Origin: Nageia nagi
Lineage: Eukaryota > Plantae > Pinophyta
Length of the DNA stretch: 64,000 nucleotides
Reading direction: 5' to 3'
Assembly (NCBI GenBank): GCA_050084985.1
Contig: JBITNC010000001.1
Location: 88,598,001 to 88,662,000, forward strand
Part shown: piece by piece, positions 25,721 to 39,373 of the stretch
How the letters are laid out: each line of letters starts with the position of its first letter
How positions within the stretch are numbered: the stretch's first letter is position 1
Notes under the pieces: model-generated
Database searches by the model: none
Told to the model about the DNA's origin: nothing
What the model saw: only the letters and a program-made list of their open reading frames with translations
Program-made: the position numbers and the translations under genes

Positions 25721-28700
25721 TCCCTTTCTTAAGGATGGAGTATATTTATTTTGAAGAGGAAATGGGTGTGGAAAATGAAGAGGAGCTAAAAATTAAAGAG
25801 AATGATCCCTTTATGATCCCCTTTGAGGGTATTCTTTGCAGGATTACTTAGTTGTGAAAGGATTAGCTTCAGGAAGAAAGAACATTATTACTTGGTCTTC
25901 ACAATAAAAATAAAGAATTATTTCGTCTAGGAAAAAAGAAAAATCTTAAAGGAGGTATCTAAGGATTCAAACTTGGCATCACCTCCTAAAAATAAGCTAG
26001 CCTTAGGTTGGTACTTTGGTTTGAAGACTTTGAAAATTGAAATGGGAATTCCATTAAAAAATCAACCAAGGGGATGGATGAATAGAGAGATATTCATATA
26101 TGGTTTAGGTCTACATGAGCCTCCATCTTCTATACTAAATAGATGATGGATATTGAGGAATACCTCTAAAAAGGAAAGGAAAATTTCATGGTGAGACCAT
26201 CTCTTAGACCCTCTAAAGGAAAAGGAAAGCTTATCTCTCGATATTACCTCTAGGACTACCTACTATGTTTATTCTTTACTATTGTAGTTTACACTTGATC
26301 TAGTTATTTTCTATATTTTTGAATACATGAGGTAGTGAAAAGTTATTATTTACATTTATATTTAGATTTTTTATGTGAAGATATTTTTAAAAAAATTCAT
26401 GTACAAGATTAACGGTCCTTTCAAAACCTCTATTTACATTACAAATAAAAAAATGATCTCCTAAGAACCCTTGCCTTTATTATGAAGGTATTGGATCTTG
26501 TTATGTAATAACTTATTTCCCCTAAAATTACTTTAGTAGGATTTTCTTGACTAAAACTAATTTTACTACTATTGAATTCATGCTCTCATCCCCTTAAATA
26601 ATTTTGATCCAAAATTAAATATTTTCATAATTTCAAGTAGGTAATCCCATTTGGATGTTGTTTACTTTTTTGTTAATTAAGGAACAAGGCCTATGAAAGG
26701 GACATTTACACTTATACAATTGTATAGGTTTAGCATATAGGTATTAAAACCACTAAATATCTAGGGACATAAGGAAATAAGTAATAATGATCAAGGTTCA
26801 AGTATAATATTTTGGCATAATATAGTTATAGGGGTATACAAAATGTATAATATGAGTTTTGTTATCCAACTATTTGATAGCCTCCTCATGGAGATTTGGA
26901 GACAATAATTTACTACTCTCTTTATACTTACTAAAACTTACACTAATATGTTTTTTGAATTATATTTAGGTATTCTAATAACACATGAAAAATTAATTCT
27001 CATGTTCTTCTATTTCCTCTATGCTTTTAAGGAATGATGAGTTTGTAGCATGGTCATGTTTAGAAAATAATATCCACTATTCTATTATGTCACTAATGTG
27101 AAGATAATTTACTTATATATTTTTTGTTACTTAGTTCAAATTGAATAAATACATTAGTATTATTTCCTTGATTTGGTTTTATTAGCTTTTATTTGAACTA
27201 GAGCTCCTTTATATTACACAAAATATGTATTATGATTTACTCTAGGTATTTGAATTGGTTTCTAAATAATTTGGTATTCCATTCTACCTAGATATTCTAG
27301 AGAAATATAGGTATAAATTTTTTATATAATTGATTCTAACTTAAACATGGTGAATAATAGAGGAGGTTGATAACTCCAACTTGTATGCAATAGGTCTAAT
27401 GCATTGGACAATTTTGTAAAGGAGATAAATTTTGGAGCTAATTTCTAAGACCCCTTATTCTTGAGACTTTTTTGAAAATATGGTTGAAGCCATAGAAATA
27501 CCATATCCCCTTATTGTAATTACCTCTTGATCCATTTCTAATTAGCTTGTTGTTTCATGCAATGTTGAGTAGTCTACAAATTTTCCTGAAGAAGATGAAG
27601 GATATCAACCTGAGTGACCAATTTTATGTCAACTGCTTGAACATTTGTGCTACTTGGAACATAGGAGGATATGGTGGGGGATTTCTATCCATACAATGCT
27701 TCATAGGATGTAATTTTAATATCAATAAGATACAAAGTGTTATACAACCATTCTATCAAGGGTTGCCACCTAACCTAATGAACTAGTTGTACAGAGGCAA
27801 AATAATGCAAACAATCTCTAGATACTTATTAATGACTTTCATATGATCACCTATTTAAGGATGATATGAAAAAATCATGTTGATTTAGATTCCTTGAAGC
27901 TTGAATAATTCCTTCCAAAGTTTTTTGGTGAATGTTGGGTATCAACCACTAACTATGGTAGATGGCATACCATGAAGTTTGAAAATATTATCAATGAAAA
28001 GTTGGGCCATATTAATAGCTTTGATTGGATGAGCCAAGGAATAAAAATTTGTATATTTGGATAACCAATCGACCTCCACCATAATAAAAAAATTTCCATG
28101 AGACTTTGAAAGGCCTTTGATAAAATCCATTGAAATATTAATCTAGGTACAAGTAGGGATTGGAAGAGGCTAGAGTAGTCTTGGAGTATTTGTGGTCTCA
28201 TGTTTATGATGTTGATATACATCACATTCAACAACAAATTTTTTGATATCCTATTTCATACCTTCCTAGAAGAACTATGTAGCCTCTATTTTGTAATTAT
28301 TGAGAAATCATGAATGTCCTGATGATGGTACAAGATGTAGCTCCTTAAGTATCATCTCCCAATATCCACACCTAAAAAGTAGTTCAATGAGGCCCTTTAA
28401 TCATAGGATTTGATATTACCAAGTGAAATTTTTATGGTTGCCAAGATAAATCTAAATTTAGGTGATTAATATATGAGTAGAGTCATCTTGGACCAATTCC
28501 TATTTAATGTACTCTATCAAGCAAGGAATTAGTGAGTACATTTCTTGGAGAGCTATTGATTCCTCAAATTTGAGTGAAAGGGTGTCAACCACCATACTTT
28601 CTTGATCCTTTTGATACATAATCTCATAGTCATACCATAATAGTTTAGTCACCTATTTATGTTTCCTTAGCTTTGAAATTCATTTCTCCATGAAATACTT

Positions 28701-31700
28701 AAGATTATGATGATCCATGTGGATGATGAAATATGGACCAATGATATTGGTTGCCACCTTTGAATAATATGAATAATGGCCATAATATCCTTTTCATATG
28801 TCAAATTGGCTATATTATAGACCAATAGTCCCTTGATAGTGAAAGCTAAGGGTATACCTTCTTGCATTAGGACTGCACTAATCCCTACTTCTAAAGCATC
28901 ACTCTTAATGATGAATATTTTATAAAAGTTGGGTAGGGCCAAAACTGGGGTGGTACACATGGCTTCTTTTAATTTATAAAATGATTCTTCTATAATGGGA
29001 TACCAATTAAAAGATTCCTTCTTGAGTAAATTTATGATTGAAGTGGTAATGTTTCTATAATATTTCATAAACTTATGGTAGTATCTTGTTAATCTGAGGA
29101 AGCTATATAGCCCTTTGAGTGATTTGGGCAATGTCCAACTCTTCATGTTTGTAATATTTTAGGGATATTCCTTTACACCTTCCTTTAAGATAATATATCT
29201 AACATATTTGATATCTCATTTTCCAAAAGAACACTTTGAATACTTGGTATATATTTGATTATCATAGAGTATTTGCAGAGTTTAATCTAAGTGGGCCATG
29301 TGTTCCTCCAAAGTTTTACTATAGATCAATATATTATCAAAGAAAACAAAAAAAAACTCAAATATAGTGGTGAAATACCTAATTCATCAAGCTATGCAAG
29401 GTATAAGGAGAATTTCCAATATTGAATGGCATCACCAAAAATTCATAATAAGCTTCATTTGCAGGAAAGGCTATTTTTGGAATATCCTCATCATAAAGCT
29501 AGATTTTATGAAGCCATACCATAAATCCAATTTGGAAAGAAATTTGTCATAATGTAATTCATATAGATATTTATCAATGATAGGAGTAGGAAATTTATCT
29601 TTTATCATGATTTTTTTTAGGGCTCAAAAGTCAATTCACATGAACCAGGATCCATCCGTACATATGAATAAGATAGGAGAAGAGTAAGGTTTGAAAATTG
29701 GTTGAATGATTCCTACCTAAAATGTATCTTGTACCAATCATTTAATTTCATTCTTTTACAAGCACAGATAATGGTACAATCAAATGTTTAATGTTTGACT
29801 TCCTAAAACAAGTTGTATGGCATGATCATGAGGGTAGTTTGGTAGTAACCCCTTGGGTTCTTCAAAATTTATTACATGGTATTTTAAGATTTTTTTTAGT
29901 TCTTTCAAATCACCACCTTCTTGTGCAATCAATTGAATTGAAAATACTTGTACCATCATCCCTTTTAATCCTTTACAAAGGAGCTTCTCCATATAGTGGC
30001 AACTAATAAATTGAGAATGTATTGCATGTAATACTTTGATAGTGTATGTACCTTCTATGAACATTAATTTCATTAAAAATTTAGTAAACTCCTATAAAAT
30101 AGGTCCCAATGTTTATAATCATTGGACTCCAAGGACCACCTCACATCCTCCTAGGGGAAGGACATACATATCACTTTGCATCTGATAATCTTCCATAATG
30201 AGTTTAGCATTATGATATTTTTCCTTACAAGCAATACTACCCTAATTTTTTATCATCACTTCAAAGTTATTTTGAGGGTATATGAAATAATTAGCCTATT
30301 TGTCTACCCTTGTATCAATAAAATTATGGGTTCTTTCAAAAATCAATTAATATAATGAGTGACTAATTTTTGAAGTATCCATGATATTTCATCAATTGTG
30401 GAGAAGAAACTCTTAAAAGAGTATCATAAGAAATTTTGGTTACCTCATCCTCAATGTTATTAGGTTCATTTTCCACTTCCTCCATTTTCACCTCTTCTTC
30501 TTCATCGATTGATTCCTTAAGAGCATCAACATTTAGTAGATATAATTTTTTTGTGGTGCATCGATGATCATGATCATACTTTTCATCACAATTATAACAA
30601 ATACCATTCTCTTTATGCTCCTACATTTTCTCAAGAGTAAGTCACTTAACTATTAGTGACCAACTAGGTTTGGGAGAAATCAGAGGAGCTTATGGTTTGA
30701 TAAATGGTTGCTTCACCTAAAATCTTTGAGCATTGAATTTATCTTCAATAAGTTTGGCTAATATGATTACATGTATCATCATTTTTGGATTGAGCATCCT
30801 CACTTATACTCAAATGTCATCCTTTAGAATGCTAATGAAGGAACTTTTGAAAAATGACACATACAATGTTTTAATGCAATTCACAAGTTTTTCACACTGA
30901 GTTTTTGATATTTCTTCACTAATGAAGTTTGTCACAATTTTGTAAGAGCTCCTATGAAAAATATTCAAAGTCACTAGGACCAAATTGAATAAGTAGGTTT
31001 TTCATGAAATCTCCTCATGAGGGTATTCCATTTGCCTTCACAAACCACTAATACCATTGTATGGCCTCCTATTCAAGGTGAAATGATGTAATATTAACCT
31101 TATGTACCTCAATAATTTGATTCAATGAGAAGTATTATTTTGCTTTATAAATCTAGCCAGTTGGGTTGTCACCACCAAATTTTATAAGGTTCAGCTTAGT
31201 CATTCAAGGGATAATAGATGCTTTTTGAGAACCTTGGTATATCTAATATGTTTTTCCCCCTAAATATTGGGATCTCCCTGATTGTTGTGTTTGTGAACCT
31301 AAATTTACCCCCATGGATACTTCCTAATTTTGATTTACTATGGTGAATTTGTGTTTAAGGTTTCATATTTGATATTGAGGTCATTTATTAATGCTTGCAT
31401 AGTAGTCATTGATGTTTATATAGTGTTAATTGATGTTTAAATAGTGATAACATATATATTAATTTTATCAATTTCTTTCTTCCATAAGAATTTAATGATT
31501 TCATCTATTTTTCTTGGCAATTTGTCAAATTCCTGAGATCTTCCATCTACCATATCAAATTACATTAAGATCCATGTTGCTATTTTTAGAAATTGTTATT
31601 ATTGGAAACTAAAAAAGTGTATGGTTATTATATATCAAAATGATCAACATGAAAAAATAATCACAAAGAGATAGATCTCAAAATGATGATTTTAAGAAGT

Positions 31701-32073
31701 TTATACTCTTTTTATAAAATATTGTTACCAAAGATAACAAATGAGCACTCTTAGAATTGATTCCTCATGGTTTGGGAGATATTAGCCCTAAAAGTTTTTT
31801 CCTATTCTAGATATGCTATTTTGGGTGAAAATGTTTCAGGGTTTCATAAGGTTTTGAAAAATTTGGGTAGAGTTTTAGCTAGAAAATAAGAAAAATCTAG
31901 GGTTTCAATTCGATGTGACCTTGTAATCTATAAAATGATAGATTTACCACTTAGTGTGACCACATAAAACTACCCACATGTAACCAAAATTGATGCTCTG
32001 ATACCACTTGTTAGGAACCTTACAGAACTAAAAAAGGGTTTTATCCCAAATAGTAATGGAATAATAAAAATAT

Positions 32074-32740
32074 TGTAGACCCTAAATAATGTGATGGTGT
32101 AATTAATTAGACAAATTAACACATGCATTATTTGGTCTATTAGCTAGTTGACATAAACCAAGAATATGACAAAAGATGATTAAGCATACAAGTTTGTTTC
32201 ATTAAGATGCATATTCAATTGATCAAGGAAAAGCATACATCAAGAATGAGCAATATCATATACACTAGTATGGTGCAGGTGCCCTAGTAATAGTACACCA
32301 TAGGCATTGTGTTAATGATCAAATTAAAGATGCAATGAAAGATGAAATGATAAAAAAACAAATGATTTATCAATATAATGAAAGTATGATAATTCTTGAG
32401 ATAAGAGATTTTCTTATTACAGCTAAGAAAACCTTGCAAATATTTGCTTTGCAAATGATGTTTGAGTTCTTGAATCTCTATCCAATCTTCAATTGATAGA
32501 AGCCTTGGGTCTTCTATAATCTTCCCCTTATCTAGTCTCCTCTCAATGATAATCCCATCCCTTATCTTTGTATTTAATGCCTTTATATAGGGATGCTTCT
32601 ATTATAGGATTTGACCCCTTGTATAATCCACAAGGGTCAAATATATGGCCTACACCTCTTTTATACATTTTAAATAATACATTATTAAGGGATTAAAATA
32701 ATTTATTAAATACATAAAGGTTCATTTTGAGGTGTCTACA
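32074..32740 (-). repeat. 3' LTR of nested element (667 bp)
   Basis: TG...CA termini; colinear with 38953-39373. Confidence 0.93.
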
Positions 32741-33318
32741 TGTTCCCCTCTTTGGATGTGTGATTAAATTAATGAAATACATGTCCAAGAAGAAGTGTAG
32801 CCAAGATATAGAAGAAATTTTTTGATCTTTTTTATGATGCTATCTTTTGCTAAATATGAATGGTTGATGTTAAGGGACCTTATGTTGCCCCCCTTTTGAC
32901 TTGGGTGTCCTAGGAAAGATCTTTGAGTGGAGTAGCAAAGGAAAAAGCTGTTGAAGAAATTATCTTCAAGAATACTATTTGGATAATACTTGGATGACTA
33001 TAAAAATCCATATCTTAGGTTGGAGATGGAATATATGATTTTCCTCCCTTATACTATTTCAATCATGAATCTAGCCATTCCATTATGTCTAATGCTTAAG
33101 AACCATTCAAACTAAAATCCATGCATCAAAACAAAGAGGTTAATCTTTAGATTGGTGGAAATGATAATGAAATGTATGCTACCGATAGTCTAATAGACTA
33201 TGAGCATAGCATTGGCACCCTGGTTTTGACTATAATTTTCTTCTATTTTGTTGGATTCATGTACCTATAATGAAATGTCAATCATAAATAATGATGGATT
33301 CATAGTAAGTTGTTTCTT

Positions 33319-34025
33319 CCATTAGAGATGATCCAATATAAACATCCTACTCATGGTTGTATTGCTGATTTATTTTTTAAGTGAGTGAACTCTCACTAGC
33401 CATATTGATGGCCATCGATAATCATACATTTGTATATCTATGATCTAAATATGGTATGCTTTATATGGGTTCAAATCAAAAACCATGTGGATACATAGCA
33501 ATATGTATCATCCATTGGAGATGATCCAATGTCAATAAATTGCTCATATATGCATCATTAATTTACTTTTAAGTGAGTGAACTCTCACTAGCCATATCTT
33601 TGGTCATCAACAATCATGCATTTTTATGTCCATGATCTGAAGATAGTATGCTTTATATGGGTTCAAAGAGAAAACCATGTGGATACATAGAAAAATGTAT
33701 CATCCATTAGAGATGATCCAATGTCAACAAATTGCTCATGACTACATCATCGATTTATTTTTAAGTGAGTGAACTCTCACTAGTTATATTATTGGCCATT
33801 AGCAATCATGCATTTTCATGTCCATGATTTGAAGATAGTATACTTTAGATGGGTTCAAAGAAAAAATCATGTGGATACATAGAAAAATGTATTATCCATT
33901 GAGATGATCCAATATAACCAAATTGCTCATGATTGCATCGTCAGTTTACTTTTAAGTGAGTGAACTCTTACTAGCCATATTGATGGCCATCAATGATCAT
34001 GTGTTTTGATATCCATGATCCAAAG
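33319..34025. repeat. 192-bp tandem array (~3.7 copies) in the 3' region of the nested element
   Basis: ccatt(a/g)gagatgatccaat starts at 33319, 33512, 33704 and 33896; conserved aagtgagtgaactct(c/t)actag core. Confidence 0.95.
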
Positions 34026-36849
34026 ACATTAGCCATGTGAAACAAGGATGAAATAAATATAATATATTATAATATGTTAACTTGTAATGATGAAATTTCT
34101 TGATATTCAAACGTGTAAAGGTCTAGGAGCTTGAGTTTAATTCTACATAAAGGATGTACACCTCTGGCACCCTAAAACCAAGTCAATGTATGCCATTAGC
34201 ATTTTGTGGATAGTCTTCCATGCCATTGAAATTGTAGGATTTTTTGAATTTGGTTAAAATAAAATTATCTTGACTACTATTATCCAAATTCTATTGATTC
34301 ACCATAATTATAGTTGAATATGAGATTACCTCCAGCTAATGCTAAAAAAGGGGGTAAGGTAAGCCATCTTGTCACATGTGTGAACACACATCGCATCACC
34401 ATGTCATCACATCATCATTTGGGTGATATTCATGAATCACCAACACATGGAGGAGAATAGATTTATTCAAATCTATGAGAAATGTAGCATAGAATGTAGA
34501 GTGAAGTCTAGAAGGGGAGATAATGCCCTATCATTTTGTATATTTCTCCATACCAAATTTAGGTCAACCAATAGATGTCAATTTATTCACTTGGCATGCA
34601 TCACTTCATGTTAACAAATATCAACATTTCCAAATGTAAATGTAACATGCTTAATAATGTCAAATAAAAAGAGAAAAATAAAATATATGTACCTCATGAT
34701 GGAAGCATAATTTCAATATCGATCTTCATGCTAGAAAGGTACAATTAAGGATAAGTATAGGATGGTTTTTAATTATTTGAGTAACTCATAGATTGGTATG
34801 CCACCAATGCTATGAAATAAGTGGAGAAAGTCATTCAATTAAGGAATACCTTCATATGTCACCAAATCTTGCAAATATCATGGGCCTACGGCTACCTAGG
34901 AACAACCTTCTTGAAGATATAATTTTACCCTTCCAAATGACTAAAATCAAGTATACATAATCCAATTTTTTTTAATTGTATATCATAAACAAGTATCCAT
35001 TATCATATGAAAAAATAGCAATTGATAAAAATGAACTAGGTGCATTGGAAACTCATCTAAACAACAAATTAGCACACTACTGGCACCCTAAACCCAATAT
35101 AAATTTTAATGAAAAATATGAATGAAGCAATCTTTACCTGAGACATGCAAGCATCATTCAAATAAATTCTAAGCTTAAATTAGATCCAAATTATTTCAAT
35201 AGCACACACAACTCAAAGAAATGGACATCATTGATGCCATGCAAATGGTAATTTTTAGTATTTGAAAAAAAGGATGGAAGGGATTTGAATTTTTTGCAAG
35301 GCCAATAATCCCTCCACATAAGGATTTAGGAAATGTATGTCAAAAAATAAGTGATTACCTAATTTAAAGCCCCAAATTCAACTTATAAAATCAAATTTTT
35401 TGTAAAAATAGGTCATAAGAGACTAACTAGCATTATGTATGATATTATAGGGATGTCAAATGCATAGGTAGCCACCATGGAGGTTGAGCTAGCTAGATTA
35501 AGGTCGATGGACATCTCTGATAATTAGAGGTAGAGTTGGCTATGGTGAGCTCTACACTTATGATTCAAGATGTAGAGGTGACTTCACTATCTCAAATAGT
35601 GAAGGGTCTCCATGATAGGCTCACCATGTTCCCACCAGATCATCAATGGGAATTCATGCAAAGTTAGCATGATCATATTGTAGCTTAGGCTCTAGAGATA
35701 TCTAAACTACAAGCTAATTATATTAGGGCTAAGAAACTTTTGGAAACTCATGGACTCACAGTGAGTGATATCTCAGGTGGAGTCTCCATATCTAGAGCTA
35801 GTGGTAGTGGTAGGCAATTACACTCTAGGAGTGAGACATCTAGTAGTGGTGCTAGTGCCCACCCATAGTGGTGGATGATGTAGGGCTAAGGCCCATGTAT
35901 ACTATTTTGTACCAAATTTTTACTTTGATATATATAAATGACAAATTTGGCAAACTTAATACTCTATGTTTTTTATCTTTTGTTATATTTAAATGGTTGA
36001 CATTGGACACACACACATAGGCACAATAAACTATAAAACTTGACTCATTAATAGTAAAACATGCTAAACATGCACACATTATGTTATGTACAAATGATAA
36101 TGACCATAATACATACACATAAACTAAAATGATACATAACTTGAAGGAACCAAGATACCTTGGGGAAATTAGTAAAGAGTAGGAGGGTGTATGTGAGCAT
36201 AGATATCATGGCATAACTCCCAAGATTAGCCTAGAGGCTAAGGTACATTATTTAGAATGATAAAAAGTGGATTTTAAACTTTATCTTCTAGAAAAACCAT
36301 GATATTGGCACCCTAACATAGAGATATCAAGGCATTATCACCATGCATAGAGAGGAGTTGGATCCCTAGATTATGGACATAGGAAGAAAATATGGATACA
36401 AAGAAGAAAAAACACTAAACTAGTGAACACATAGAACAAGAGAGCAAAAAGACACAAAAACACCCTAGCTACTAATATACACTAATTATGATGTCAAAAA
36501 GAGCTCAAGGAATAACTTTATGTACCAAGGGAGTTTTCACCACCCAAATACACTTTATAGAGGAAGGGATAAAAAGAGGCACTTTTGTACTAGTCATCCC
36601 CACATTGTTGGTGCTCTAAAAGCAAGAATGCATGCCATTAGCATCACATCTTTTGATTCTTTTCCTATTCTTATTTGGACAAGGATGCCTATATGCATGA
36701 GTGTTAGTCAAAAAAGAATGTAAATTATGAGAAATCTTATTATATTAATCCACCCTTGAGATTGTGAATATGGTAGGGGATTATTGAATACCCTTAGCTG
36801 TGCATTATCTGGATGTACAAGTCCTATATGGGTAGCTAGTTTTTGATCC

Positions 36850-37700
36850 ATCCTAATTGCTCCATTATCAATGAAATCCTATATAAAGTTAAAAAGTGTC
36901 CTACAATCCTGAGTTAGATGATCAGGTACCCTATGATAATTACAAAATTCCTCATAGTGAAAAGTTTTAGGCACACCATTAGTAAACTTAGGTTCAATAA
37001 TAGGAGGTAATTTGATTAGTTCCTCATCTAATAATATATTTATAATATTATCAATAGTATTAGTCAAAGGAGTATATTAGTGAGTATGTTTGGGTGGAGA
37101 ACTACCTCATTTTTTATGAGCAACATGATTTGCTTCAACCTTGGTTTGATTTTTAGTAATAGGTTTTGCAGATGAAGTATGCTCAACATGTTTCATAGCA
37201 CTCAACTTTTTAATGCATGGTTCCTTTTTAGTAATAGTGTCAATCATATCTCCTAAATACATATCATAATTAGAGATGACTAGTAGCTTATATATAGGCA
37301 AGAGACCATCCACAAAAATATGCCAGAGTTCATGTTCATCGATGGTGAGTTTATTAGCAATTTGTTTCCATATATTTATAAAATCCTTCACTGATTGGTT
37401 AAGGAGCTATTTAATTTTACATAAGTCCTTAAAATAAACCTTCTTAGTAATGTTATAACCATAATCATGCAAAAAAATGTGAATTAAATGCTCATACCTA
37501 TCAATGCTACTTTTAGGAAGTTGAAAGTACCATTTTAGAGCCTCATCCTTCGAACTATAAGAAAATAACTTAGCCAACAAATCTTGATCAGGCATATATT
37601 CAATAGCTTCTTCATCAAATTTACAAACATGCATCCTAGGATCTTGCATACCATCAAACTTAGTAAATTTGACACTCTTTTTCCTAGGGATTATTTTGGA
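36850..37700 (-). pseudogene. gag: gag remnant of the nested element
   Basis: DPRMHVCKF...LLAKLFSYSSKDEALKWYFQLPKSSIDRY (retrotransposon Gag) and FCNYHRVPDHLTQDC (C-x2-H-x4-H-x4-C knuckle typical of Ogre/Tat). Confidence 0.85.
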
Positions 37701-38952
37701 AAGAATTCTAGTAATGACTTTTTAAACATGAAAGGAAATCATCCTCATTACTCACCATGTTGTTAAACCCTACATTGGTATTTAGGGATGGTGGTGGGGA
37801 AGGAAGAGGTTATTGTGCATTTTTTAATGTTTGAAGTGGAATATTTTTCAAAATAGCAAACTCATTAGTATGATTAACCCTATCCTACTCAAGTTCATCC
37901 AACACCCCTAAGAGGATTTCCAATTGTTCATATGGAGGTTATTTATACCAATCAGTATTTTCTTGGATATCCATAATGATACCTATCTTAATCTCATACT
38001 CCTTGGGAGTCCAAGTTGGTTGTATCTTAAAGGATTCTCTAATAACTTCAATAACTTGCTACTTAATGAGAGTTTTAGTTTCATCATCAGCTAAAAGAAC
38101 TTGACCCTTACCTTTCTTCTCTCAATCAAAGTAGTCTGGATTAAGGATCAAATTGCTATAAGATTCTTCATCCTCATCCTTAGGTTTTGACTGGTCATCA
38201 CTTTTAAAAATATCATCCTCATGTAGTGGGTATTCTAACTCAGCATCAAGCTTTGGTTCAGACTCTTCTCCATTAGGATCTATGCTTCCTGCATCATGGT
38301 GATAATTGATCATGCTATTCACATCATTTGTTTCATGCATAGGATGGAGATGTTTTGATGATTTCACATAATAGAATAAGCTATCTTTAGATTCTATAGT
38401 TTCCAATTAGTGATCAAGAATATTTACATCTATAAGAAGTTCTACCATAATAGAAGCATTATTACAAATAAAAATTTGTCGCCTTTCTTTATCAAATAAC
38501 ACATGTTGAATGGATCAAGCATTATAAGGAATCTTATCAAGATCGAGGAGTTCATCATAATTAGAAGGTTGCATATGAGGAGCCAAATTATCCAAGTTGC
38601 TAGGATAAAGAATAGCATAGCGATTAGGAGTCTCTTTGATAATGGATATTCATTTACCAAAATCTAAAGATTCAGAATCCCATATGGTCCTAGGAGGAGG
38701 GATTTGAACAAACAATTTAGGATTAATTTGAAGACTTCTCCTAACCTTTGAAAATTATACTTTGTATTTGGATACTATAGGGTTATCTGGGTTAAGATCC
38801 ATATTTAGGATATAAGCAAAATAAGCCCTAGTTTTATCCTACTCTTTGGCTACTATTTGGAGCACTTCCTCTATGGAGAGAAAAAGTAGCAAAAATGGAT
38901 TCATGACTTTACAAAAGGATTTTTTCCTAGATGAATATTAGGTTCTCCAAAA

Positions 38953-39373
38953 TGTAGACCCTAAATAATGTGATGGTGTAATTAATTAGGGGAATTAACA
39001 CATGCACTATTTGGTTTATTAGTTAGTTGACATGAAACAAGAATATGACAACAGATGATTAAGCATACAGGTTCATTTCATTAACATGCATATTAAATTG
39101 ATCAAGGATAGGTATATAACAAGAATTAGCAATATCATATACATTAGTTGATAGAAGCCTTGGATCTTTTGTAATCCACCCCTTATCTAGTCTCCTTTTG
39201 TATGTCTTTAATGCCTTTATATAAGGATGCTTGTATTATAGGATTTGACCCCTTGTACAATCCACAAGGGTAAAATATATGGCCTACACCTCTTATATAC
39301 ATTTTAAATAATACATTTTTAAGGGATTAAAATGATTTATTAAATACATAAAGGTTCATTTGAGGCATCTACA
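38953..39373 (-). repeat. 5' LTR of nested element (421 bp, internal deletion)
   Basis: Same termini; lacks the ~225-bp block between tacactagt and tgatagaagcc plus a smaller block. Confidence 0.93.

Larger units (their letters stand above)
32074..39373 (-). mobile_element. Non-autonomous (gag-only) Ogre/Tat-like LTR retrotransposon nested in the Reina 5' LTR
   Basis: LTRs TGTAGACC...TCTACA at 32074-32740 and 38953-39373; TSD aatat/aatac; PPT-like tgttcccctctttgg at 32741; Trp-type PBS remnant ggttctcca 38941-38949; gag present; no pol motifs seen. Confidence 0.93.

Noticed and set aside
33319-34025. Regular repeats as a CRISPR-like array
   Set aside because: The entire 192-bp unit is repeated with no unique spacers, there are no cas genes, and the context is eukaryotic.
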